Notes: generated by a model from the letters alone, not told the origin. A DNA stretch of 32,000 nt from Comamonadaceae bacterium (GCA_947447615.1 CANFJQ010000007.1:10428-42427); one strand, 5' to 3'; numbered from the stretch's first letter, positions 20,278 through 27,590 are shown. Program-made: numbers and translations.

Positions 20278-21189
20278 ATGCAACATTACCTGCAATTCAA
20301 AGACTTCAGCGCCGACGAATACGCGTATTTGTTTGCGCGCGCGGCGCTGATCAAAAAGAAATTCAAGGCCTACGAAAAGCACCATACCCTGGTGGACCGC
20401 ACGCTAGCGATGATTTTTGAGAAGGCTTCCACCCGCACGCGCGTGAGCTTTGAGGCCGGCATGTACCAGCTGGGCGGCAGCGTCGTGCACCTGACCACGG
20501 GCGACAGCCAACTCGGGCGGGCCGAGCCGATAGAAGACAGCGCCAAGGTAATCAGCCGCATGACCGACCTGGTGATGATTCGCACCTTTGAGCAAACCAA
20601 AATCGAGCGCTTTGCGGCCAATTCCCGCGTGCCGGTGATCAACGGGCTGACCAATGAGTTTCACCCCTGCCAGGTGCTGGCCGATATCTTTACCTACATA
20701 GAGCACCGCGGCTCCATCGCCGGCAAAACCGTGGCTTGGGTGGGCGATGGCAACAACATGGCCAATACCTGGCTGCAGGCGGCCGATTTATTGGGCTTTA
20801 CCGTGCATGTCAGCACGCCCAGCGGCTACGAGGTGAACCAGGCCGTGGCCGGTTTGCGCTCCAGCGACAGTTACCGCGTGTTCACCGACCCGCTGCAAGC
20901 CTGCCAAGGCGCGCATTTGGTAACCACCGATGTCTGGACCAGTATGGGCTATGAAGCGGAAAACGAGGCCCGACGCGCGGCCTTTGCATCCTGGTGCGTA
21001 GACCGCACCATGATGGCAGCCGCAGCGCCCGACGCCCTGTTTATGCACTGCCTGCCCGCGCACCGGGGTGAAGAGGTGGAAGCCGAAGTCATCGACGGCC
21101 CACAAAGCGTGGTGTGGGACGAAGCGGAAAACCGCATGCATGCGCAAAAAGCGCTAATGGAATATTTGCTGCTGGGCCGCGTGGCCTAG
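20278..21189 (+). CDS. argF: ornithine carbamoyltransferase
   Basis: Motifs STRTRVSFE, HPCQVLAD and HCLPAHRGEEV. Confidence 0.92.
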   Translation: MQHYLQFKDFSADEYAYLFARAALIKKKFKAYEKHHTLVDRTLAMIFEKASTRTRVSFEAGMYQLGGSVVHLTTGDSQLGRAEPIEDSAKVISRMTDLVMIRTFEQTKIERFAANSRVPVINGLTNEFHPCQVLADIFTYIEHRGSIAGKTVAWVGDGNNMANTWLQAADLLGFTVHVSTPSGYEVNQAVAGLRSSDSYRVFTDPLQACQGAHLVTTDVWTSMGYEAENEARRAAFASWCVDRTMMAAAAPDALFMHCLPAHRGEEVEAEVIDGPQSVVWDEAENRMHAQKALMEYLLLGRVA

Positions 21190-21515
21190 TGGTGGGCCGC
21201 CGGAGGCGCCGCTTTTTTCTCTTCCTTGATCGTCTGCCGGATCTTGGTTTTCAGCGGCGTCGGGCACTTACCAATGGCCGAGTTACTGTATACCTGAAAC
21301 ATCTTGGAGTGATCTGGATCGCGACATATATATAGGCAAATAAATTGCCCTTTCTCGGCTGCGACTTCACTGGAATCGAAGTCGCAGACAGCGTCAATAA
21401 TTCGAAAAGGCTTTTTTGTCGCTGCTTTTTTGTCCTCAGCCACGGCATTGCCCATGCCGGCCAGCAGGCATAAGCTTGAAACAAATATTAAATGAAAGAA
21501 TTCGTTTTTTTTCAT
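21186..21515 (-). CDS. small secreted protein, function unknown (signal peptide, 4 Cys in the mature part)
   Basis: N-terminus MKKNEFFHLIFVSSLCLLAGMGNAVA-ED looks like a Sec signal peptide. The gene is low GC. Its stop overlaps the argF stop region by 4 nt. Confidence 0.55.
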   Translation of the reverse strand: MKKNEFFHLIFVSSLCLLAGMGNAVAEDKKAATKKPFRIIDAVCDFDSSEVAAEKGQFICLYICRDPDHSKMFQVYSNSAIGKCPTPLKTKIRQTIKEEKKAAPPAAHH

Positions 21516-21784
21516 AGGATTAGCAACAAATCAATGGCCCCAAAGAAGCGCTTTGGGGCATGCAGATAGGCTCAGCCAGTTTATACGGCATTTATATCGG
21601 GGATGTACTGAATTTTGTCTGAACCGACTAAGGGCGGGCGGCAAAGTCGTAGAAATTTCTCGTTTTAAAATTCCGCGCCCTGCGCCGTTGGACTATTCTT
21701 AGCTTAACCTCATCTATAGTGTCACGTAATCAGAGGATAACCTCCTGCGTGCGCGGAGAGGAACATCCTTGGAGCTCAGCGCCA

Positions 21785-22651
21785 ATGCCCTCTCTTGACC
21801 CTATTTCCGTGGTGGTTACCACCTACAACCGAAGCGAAGCGCTAGTGGCTGTTTTACGCGGCCTAGCAGCGCAAGATGATGGTGACTTTGAGATCATCAT
21901 CGCCGACGACGGTTCACTGCCAGACCATGTCCAAGCCATGCAGCGGGCGGTTAACGAACTGGGTCTTGCAGCCATTCATGTTTGGCATCCGGATATTGGT
22001 TTTACGGCCGCCAGAGTCCGCAATTTGGGTGTATCGCTTTGCAGCGGCCGATACATCGTATTTTTAGACGGGGACTGCGTACCGGAAACGGACTTTATAA
22101 GTCGCCACCGGCAGTTGCGCGAAGATGGTTGTTTTGTTAATGGTAGTCGCGTGTTGCTCAGTCCCAGCCTGACTAAGGCAGTGGTCGATGGCCGAGAACG
22201 GATCCACGGCCGCAATTTAAGTTATTGGTTTTCCCGCTGGCGAGAGAAAAGTGCCAATAAATGGACGTCGCTCATCCGATTTCCTGATCTTGGAGTGCGA
22301 AAAAAGTCCAAATTTTCTTGGCGGCGCATCCGAAGCTGTAACTTCGGTTTGTGGCGTTCGGATTATGAAGCCGTAGATGGATTTGACGAGTCCTTTGTGG
22401 GATGGGGCCATGAGGACGCCGACCTGGTTTTGCGGTTGCATCATCACGGAGTTGTCAGAAAAAATGGCTTTTTCTTCACGGAGGTTTACCATTTGTGGCA
22501 CCCGGAGGCCAGTCGTAATGAGGAGTCGCTAAACGCCCAGCGCGTCCGGGATCGAATGCAGTCTTCCCAAATCAAGGCAGACCGCGGCTTGAGCCAATGC
22601 CGCATTGATGAGCAGGTAATTGTTGAAAGATGGGGCCAACACTCCAAATAG
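21785..22651 (+). CDS. family 2 glycosyltransferase
   Basis: GT2 N-terminal signature SVVVTTYNRSEAL...IIIADDGS and the DxD-type FLDGDC. The C-terminal WGHEDADLVLRL resembles the galactosyltransferase C-terminal motif. The ATG at 21785 is preferred over the listed GTG at 21719. Confidence 0.8.
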   Translation: MPSLDPISVVVTTYNRSEALVAVLRGLAAQDDGDFEIIIADDGSLPDHVQAMQRAVNELGLAAIHVWHPDIGFTAARVRNLGVSLCSGRYIVFLDGDCVPETDFISRHRQLREDGCFVNGSRVLLSPSLTKAVVDGRERIHGRNLSYWFSRWREKSANKWTSLIRFPDLGVRKKSKFSWRRIRSCNFGLWRSDYEAVDGFDESFVGWGHEDADLVLRLHHHGVVRKNGFFFTEVYHLWHPEASRNEESLNAQRVRDRMQSSQIKADRGLSQCRIDEQVIVERWGQHSK

Positions 22652-22715
22652 CTATCACCTAAGTAAGAGGTTAAATAATTTTTTATGGAGGTGCTGTGAG
22701 GATCGTCCACTTGGC

Positions 22716-23114
22716 TTACACAAAAAAACGGACACCCTCTGTTTTACCCGACTGTCCCAAGTGATCTATTCGGCTGCGCCTAGTATTCTTTGTGGATTCT
22801 GCACGGCTGTAGTAAAAATCAGCCTTCTTTAGTAGTTCCAAATAACTATCAAGTTCATCGGGTCTTGAATCATTGAGCATTTCCTCTTCGTCACGCAGGT
22901 AACCATTGGCTTGTTCAAACTCATCCCACTCCTGTTCGGTAAGTGCATTTTGCAAGTGCCTGCGAGCAATGTCTGCACCTTCGTTCATTCGGGTGAGTAA
23001 TTTTTGCAATCGCTTTAATCGCCGTGCTGCAACCTTTGGTTCATGTTCAACCGGAGCCAAATCATTGCCAGCGCCTCGCTGCAATTTCGCCCTAATTTCG
23101 CTTATGGTGGTCAA
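22716..23114 (-). CDS. hypothetical protein (acidic and helical)
   Basis: 132-aa ORF with a TTG start, 6 nt after the stop of the integrase 3' fragment. No recognisable domain. An internal ATG (MNEGADI) is an alternative start. Confidence 0.4.
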   Translation of the reverse strand: MTTISEIRAKLQRGAGNDLAPVEHEPKVAARRLKRLQKLLTRMNEGADIARRHLQNALTEQEWDEFEQANGYLRDEEEMLNDSRPDELDSYLELLKKADFYYSRAESTKNTRRSRIDHLGQSGKTEGVRFFV

Positions 23115-23120
23115 AGAGGC

Positions 23121-23228
23121 TCAAGCCAACCTATCAGTAGCCGTTAATTTGCTGTATTGCCGCTCAATCATCGCCGCACTATTGCCCATCTGCCTAGCCA
23201 GCGTTTGTATGTCCGTGCTGTTAGCCAT
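23121..23228 (-). pseudogene. Orphan 3' fragment of a tyrosine integrase gene (last ~35 codons)
   Basis: Encodes MANSTDIQTLARQMGNSAAMIERQYSKLTATDRLA*. This parallels the C-terminus of the integrase at 23794-23910 (MDIYTLARQMGNSAAMIERHYSKLTATMAAARLA*). The DNA-level similarity is readable by eye, with one indel block. Confidence 0.8.
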
Positions 23229-23268
23229 TTGTTGAATTTACCGAAAATTGATGACTCTAAAATGAGAA

Positions 23269-23742
23269 TTACTCTCTTCTTTTTGGAAGAGCGGGGGTGG
23301 TTGTATCTGATTTGGTAAACCCTTTAACAACGCCACGAAATCCTTTTACTTGAACACAAAAATCTTGAACCCATGGAAGTGGCTCGTTAGTTGCAATACT
23401 CCAAGTCGGATTTACTAGAATATCGGAACTTTGATCTTTTGCATTTGCAATCCTGAGGGCATCGAACATAGCAGCAGCCTTTGCTCTATCCAATGGAGTC
23501 TTGGGTTCATTGCCTGAGGTACTTAGGAAGGTGGTGTCTCCTTGGTTATAAAAAGCAAACCACTGACGAGCACAGCCCCTTCCTGCTATCGCTTCCATAA
23601 TTTGAACATCAGCAATTGAGTCTTGTGTATAAATAGTTGGCGCGAAAAAATCAGAAGTTTTATTTGTATCGACAACTGAAGAGCATCCATATAAAAAAAA
23701 TATTGCGCTTGCAATTAAAAGCAAAGAAATAAGTTTTTTCAT
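23269..23742 (-). CDS. lipoprotein, function unknown
   Basis: Signal peptide with lipobox MKKLISLLLIASAIFFLYG-C. Very AT-rich; 157 aa. Confidence 0.7.
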   Translation of the reverse strand: MKKLISLLLIASAIFFLYGCSSVVDTNKTSDFFAPTIYTQDSIADVQIMEAIAGRGCARQWFAFYNQGDTTFLSTSGNEPKTPLDRAKAAAMFDALRIANAKDQSSDILVNPTWSIATNEPLPWVQDFCVQVKGFRGVVKGFTKSDTTTPALPKRRE

Positions 23743-23774
23743 TTTTAAAACTCCAACATTTATATAATCCTAAT

Positions 23775-23791
23775 TGTCGTTTAAAACAGCA
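23775..23791. repeat. Near-copy of the TGTCGT-N5-ACGACA palindrome (tgtcgtttaaaacagca)
   Basis: Shares 13 identical nt (tgtcgtttaaaac) with the copy at 26185. It lies directly after the integrase stop codon. Confidence 0.6.
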
Positions 23792-23793
23792 CC

Positions 23794-25923
23794 TCAAGCC
23801 AACCTTGCCGCCGCCATAGTGGCAGTCAGTTTGCTGTAGTGCCGCTCAATCATCGCTGCACTATTGCCCATCTGACGAGCCAGTGTGTATATGTCCATCC
23901 TGTTCGCCAGCAGTACCTGCGTCGCATAGGTGTGTCTTAGCGAATATAGGGTTCGGATTTTCTCTGCCCCATCCACGAATAAGCCAGCATCCCTAAGCAG
24001 CCGTCTAAATGTTCCATTGAAACTCAAAGGCTGATAACCATTATGGATGCGAAATAATTTCTGACATAACCTCTGCTGGAATAACGCTTCAAACTCTATG
24101 TGCTGTATGTTTGCTTGCCTTAGGTGCAGCCGCTTTAATACTGCGACCGCCTCGTGCCGGGCTATCAACCACCTGCCCCCGGTCTTTCCATCCACCCACA
24201 CCCGCAAATACCTCGTGCCCTTGTCCGTGTGCCACTCCAAGTGCCGCCAGCATATGCCCATAGCCTCTGTGCCGTGCCGCATACCGGTGTAGAGCAGCAT
24301 TTACACGTAATCCACTAGCAGGTAGCGGATTTCGCCTTCCACTGCCTTGACCGCCCGATCCTTCCAAGTCTCCATATGAAAAGCCGGCTCTGACCAAGCG
24401 GCTCTCAGTACGGCAAGTGTATTTACAAATGCTGGCCAGATTCTGGACCATCCGCGCAATTTATCGTCTGGTCGCATACGGTTACTTTGTCCTTGGTGCC
24501 ATGCACTGAGTGCTTGGATTATCAATCAGGCGTATTCCACTGCAAATTGGCTAAAAAATATCAAGGCACAGACAGCGCCGTTATTTATTCAAGATACTTT
24601 CCACCACCCTGGGAGACTTTTTGTGACCGTAAGAATTATATAAATGATAGCGTGGCGCAACATAGATATCGCTTATGTCTGTAGGCACATCAGTAAATAA
24701 TTTATCGTATTCTCGGTTAATAAAAAAAGCATTCGCGCCATTATGCGAGTTGCAACAAATCAACCTATATCCATATTTGTCAAACATTTCCACCAAGTTT
24801 GTTAACGCTGCGCCAAAATAGTCGTCTCCACTCCACAGATGTTCCGGATCGTAGGCTATCTGGAATTTTGCTGGAGGAATAAATTTACCATTATATTCAG
24901 CGATGAATAACTTCGGGTGAATATCATTAGCCAATAATTTTTCCAGAAAATAAATATCGTTACCATCTAAGTCAAGAGACAATATGTCAATCTCACTTGC
25001 ACCCAAGGCTTTCATGCCTGAATGCGCGTGTACCAAAACGTTATCGATGGTAATCCAAGATTGGATATTATGGAACTTAGTGGCTTTACTGTAGTCAAAA
25101 ACCAAGTCCTCTCCACCAACCCAGAATCCCTTCCAACCACAGGCTGCAAGTATTAGGGTATTGTTTTCAAGACCATTGCCCACGCCAAATTCAGCATAAA
25201 CGCCACTTGATAAACCCAACCTTCGCACAATTTCCAAAGTAATGCCATCCTCATCCGTCTGGGAAAAGCATTTTTTTCCGAAACTGTTCAGGGGATTTTT
25301 ATGGGCGGCTTGTAACTGCTTGGTTTGAAAATCCAACTGCAAATCTTTAAATTGCGCCAATAAGCGCAACATCGACTGCTGAATTTGGGCGCTCGCAAGA
25401 ATATTTTTATCAATATTTTCGATTCGCAAATCAAAATTCTTTAAGACGTCTAAATCAGTCATAAATCTCGCGCCCTCAAAATTCGTTGTTAAAGTCGTTA
25501 CTACCGCGCATGCTTAATGCGCCAGATAAACGATGCCGAGCTTGAAGTGTAAGGGGTCAATTTTGGGTGGCATTCAACAGCCAGTGTCAGTTGGGCAATC
25601 TGTGCAAACAGGTGTGTTCGGTGTGCTAAGCCCAACCTGGTGCGGTAGCGGGCTTCATCGTATATATCGCAGGCACGGGCTATGGCTGCTTCTATGCTGC
25701 TCGCTCCAGTAGTCTGTCTGTGCCAAGCACCTGAGGGAAGACGGAAGCGGCATTGGTAGCGTTGGCTGCGGCTGCGGCGATAAACCGTCAATGCACCATC
25801 ACGCAGGACTATCTGTTTGGGTGGGTTGGTGGCGGACGATGGAGGGGTGTGGCGGACTGGGGCGGCGGCTTGGGCTTTAAGGGTAAGCGACTCAATCACC
25901 ACCGCACCTGACTGGACAAACAA
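23794..25923 (-). pseudogene. Tyrosine recombinase (phage-type integrase), disrupted
   Basis: The N-terminal piece (25501..25923) carries LTVYRRSRSQRYQCRFRLPSGAWHRQTTG...YDEARYRTRLGL. The middle piece (24301..24525) and the catalytic C-terminus (23794..24300: LLYTGMRHGTE, LRHTYAT, ERHYSK) are in one frame but separated by a TAA at 24301-24303. The stretch 24526-25500 is replaced by an unrelated low-GC gene. Confidence 0.8.
24581..25462 (-). CDS. SAM-dependent methyltransferase-like protein (FkbM-type, tentative)
   Basis: EFGVGNGLENNT resembles SAM-binding motif I. IDILSLDLDGNDIYFLEKL...PKLFIAEYN resembles the FkbM-family core. This gene contains the lowest-GC lines I hand-counted (about 30-45%). 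Confidence 0.55.
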   Translation of the reverse strand: MTDLDVLKNFDLRIENIDKNILASAQIQQSMLRLLAQFKDLQLDFQTKQLQAAHKNPLNSFGKKCFSQTDEDGITLEIVRRLGLSSGVYAEFGVGNGLENNTLILAACGWKGFWVGGEDLVFDYSKATKFHNIQSWITIDNVLVHAHSGMKALGASEIDILSLDLDGNDIYFLEKLLANDIHPKLFIAEYNGKFIPPAKFQIAYDPEHLWSGDDYFGAALTNLVEMFDKYGYRLICCNSHNGANAFFINREYDKLFTDVPTDISDIYVAPRYHLYNSYGHKKSPRVVESILNK

Positions 25924-25986
25924 GCATCCAATCCCACAAAGACAAAAGCCACCGCAGGGTCACGGTGGCTTTTGCAAGTATGAATC

Positions 25987-26031
25987 TGGTGGGACGTGCG
26001 GGGGTCGAACCCACGACAAACGGATTAAAAG
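25987..26031 (-). other. 3' half of a tRNA-Lys(UUU) gene, from anticodon loop to CCA; att-site remnant, not a functional tRNA
   Basis: The reverse complement reads CTTTTAA-TCCGT-TTGTC-GTGGG-TTCGACC-CCCGC-ACGTCCC-A-CCA. That is anticodon loop, 3' anticodon stem, variable loop, T arm, 3' acceptor strand, discriminator and CCA. No matching 5' acceptor strand (GGGACGT) or D arm follows. Confidence 0.75.
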
Positions 26032-26184
26032 TGCTTATGCAATTGATAATTCTCCAATGTTTGCAATGTTCTTTCGCCCCCACGCCGTCTTGGTGTGCAG
26101 CAAATTGTGTAGGACAAGTTTTTTGAATGCGGTGCGTGATGGGGCTTGGAAGTATTTGAACTATACCTGTCATGCGTGCGTCAG

Positions 26185-26201
26185 TGTCGTTTAAAACGAC
26201 A
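26185..26201. repeat. Palindrome TGTCGT-ttaaa-ACGACA (exact)
   Basis: Read directly. Intergenic, about 150 nt from the att remnant. Confidence 0.9.
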
Positions 26202-26288
26202 TGTAAATCGCTGCCAATACCCACGCTTTTATGGGGTTCTTGCATGGTTAGCAGCCATTTACTACCCTTAACACCCAGCGTAGCAAGC

Positions 26289-26501
26289 CTATAGCCCAGT
26301 GCTGATACTGCGTTGCTGTCGCTGCCTGCGTTCGTTTTCACGCTGCTGCCGCTGCCTGTCCCGTTCAGCCTGTAGTTGTTGTCTGTCCGTTTCAACATTT
26401 TGTTTCAGCGTTGCTATGCGTGCCTGTGCCGGATTTAGGGGTGGCTTGGGTTTGATGGGTTTGATAGTTATTTCGGCAATACGCATCAAGTATTTACGCA
26501 C
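26289..26501 (-). CDS. hypothetical Gln/Arg-rich coiled-coil protein
   Basis: 70-aa ORF with a GTG start (an ATG lies 5 codons in). It is the last gene of a minus-strand trio. The RBS is weak, so confidence is low. Confidence 0.35.
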   Translation of the reverse strand: MRKYLMRIAEITIKPIKPKPPLNPAQARIATLKQNVETDRQQLQAERDRQRQQRENERRQRQQRSISTGL

Positions 26502-26525
26502 TTGCTGCGTACTGCCTTTTTTGCA

Positions 26526-26672
26526 TCAATCCATCTGCGTGTAGTTCAGCACCATCCCTACACCATACTGAGCCTCTGCTAACTGCTTAGCAGCCCAAGC
26601 ATTCTCAGCGTAGATAACGGTGTTGGCGGTTTGGTAGGGGTTGATGCGTACCCATATCAAGTACTTGTTCAT
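26526..26672 (-). CDS. small hypothetical protein, 48 aa (too short for the ORF track)
   Basis: Hand translation gives MNKYLIWVRINPYQTANTVIYAENAWAAKQLAEAQYGVGMVLNYTQMD*. Its ATG overlaps the TGA of the upstream gene in an ATGA junction, suggesting translational coupling. Confidence 0.45.
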   Translation of the reverse strand: MNKYLIWVRINPYQTANTVIYAENAWAAKQLAEAQYGVGMVLNYTQMD

Positions 26673-27115
26673 TTCCCAAAGCCTGCACGAAGTTTTACTG
26701 ATGCTGCGTCCAGTGCTGCATCCAACTCACCAGCCAGTACCGCCGCCTTAATCAAGTCCAGTGTTGCGGGTAAGTCCTTCTCAGCGGCAATCTCCACTGC
26801 GTACTTCCCACGTGCAAGTTCAAGTAATTTCGTCCCATACCTAACACTCAGGCTCAACTTGCCCGTGTCAGCGACGAACCACCACTGCTTGATGCGTTTG
26901 TTGGTTTGAATGCTTTGGCGTGTGCCAGTGTGCTTGTCCGTAATAGTGCGATAGCGGGTGGGACTAAAGGTAGTACCCGCTGCCTGTGCCCGTGCCAGTT
27001 CTGCCTGTTCCCACAGCCGCTTGGCAAGTTTGTTGCGGCGTAGTTGCACAGGGCTCACGTGCGTGGGCTTTTGTGCTGCTGTCAGTTTCAATCCGGTTAG
27101 TGTTGCAGTAGTCAT
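26669..27115 (-). CDS. hypothetical protein, 148 aa
   Basis: Good RBS (aaggaa about 8 nt upstream of the ATG at 27115) and plausible protein composition (KQWWFVADTGKLSLSVRYG...). No function recognised. Confidence 0.6.
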   Translation of the reverse strand: MTTATLTGLKLTAAQKPTHVSPVQLRRNKLAKRLWEQAELARAQAAGTTFSPTRYRTITDKHTGTRQSIQTNKRIKQWWFVADTGKLSLSVRYGTKLLELARGKYAVEIAAEKDLPATLDLIKAAVLAGELDAALDAASVKLRAGFGK

Positions 27116-27332
27116 TGCTGGTTTCCTTTCTTAGTAGCAATGCAGACAACTTTAGTTTCGGATTTGGCGATTGAGCAACCTCTTTCTGCCACATCAAACT
27201 AATTTACCCAAAACCCTCTAAAAACACCAAATATCGCACCAGTTTTAGCCAGTAATTTCTTTGGTAGTGATAAATAAATGCGAGTGGCGAAGTGAGTTGC
27301 GATGAGTGGCTATGTCACAAGAAACTAAAAAA

Positions 27333-27565
27333 GTTACTTGTTGCAAGTTACACGTAACAGGTTACCCGTTACTTGTTACACGTCACACATGTCACTCGTT
27401 ACCAGTGACTGCGGTGACACAGGTGACGAGTGACACAGGTAACTGGGTAACCAGCAACCAGTAACCGGCAACGCCTTTTTGGCTCTCTGTGACAGAGCAA
27501 CTAAAAGGCAACAGAGGTAACAGGTAACCAATAACGACACAAGCAACTACGCCACTCCAAGTAAC
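27333..27565. repeat. Array of about 20 GTNAC pentamers plus GCAAC variants with 7-9 bp spacing; the orientation of the central base switches near 27403
   Basis: GTNAC start positions: 27333, 27347, 27354, 27361, 27368, 27375, 27382, 27391, 27398 | 27405, 27414, 27423, 27430, 27439, 27447, 27461, 27489, 27517, 27524, 27561. GCAAC starts: 27454, 27468, 27497, 27508, 27543. Confidence 0.9.
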
Positions 27566-27590
27566 TTCAATCATTTAAGGAGATAAAAAT

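Larger units (their letters stand above)
21190..25986. mobile_element. Decayed integrated island (island 1), lying between the argF stop and a tRNA-Lys-derived att remnant
   Basis: There is an abrupt visible drop in G+C at the argF stop. A disrupted tyrosine integrase reads away from a tRNA 3' fragment at 25987-26031. The cargo genes have foreign composition. Confidence 0.6.

Noticed and set aside
21595-21640. A possible degenerate second copy of the tRNA-Lys 3' sequence (gggatgtac...gtctgaacc...gac.aa).
   Set aside because: There are only scattered short matches, with a 4-nt spacing discrepancy. It also lies inside the low-GC region rather than at its edge. It is indistinguishable from chance without an alignment statistic.
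25892-26398. A 168-aa minus-strand ORF spanning the tRNA-Lys fragment and the junction between the two elements.
   Set aside because: It runs straight through the tRNA-derived att remnant and the integrase start region. It has no RBS or recognisable domain, and it overlaps the 70-aa ORF in another frame.
26299-26544. A Cys/Arg-rich 81-aa plus-strand ORF (MLILRCCRCLRSFSRCCRCL...).
   Set aside because: It is the mirror image of the Gln/Arg-rich minus-strand ORF over a gctgcc-type repetitive stretch. It has no start context and is less plausible than the minus-strand reading.
27333-27565. Possibility that the short-period repeat array is a CRISPR array.
   Set aside because: The units are 5 nt with 2-4 nt spacers. 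CRISPR repeats are about 24-40 nt with spacers of similar size. No cas genes are present.
27392-27574. A 60-aa minus-strand ORF inside the GTNAC array.
   Set aside because: It is a by-product of the repeat. The 7-9 nt period is not a multiple of 3. Its start would sit on the RBS of the opposing gene, and the translation is a hydrophobic low-complexity string.
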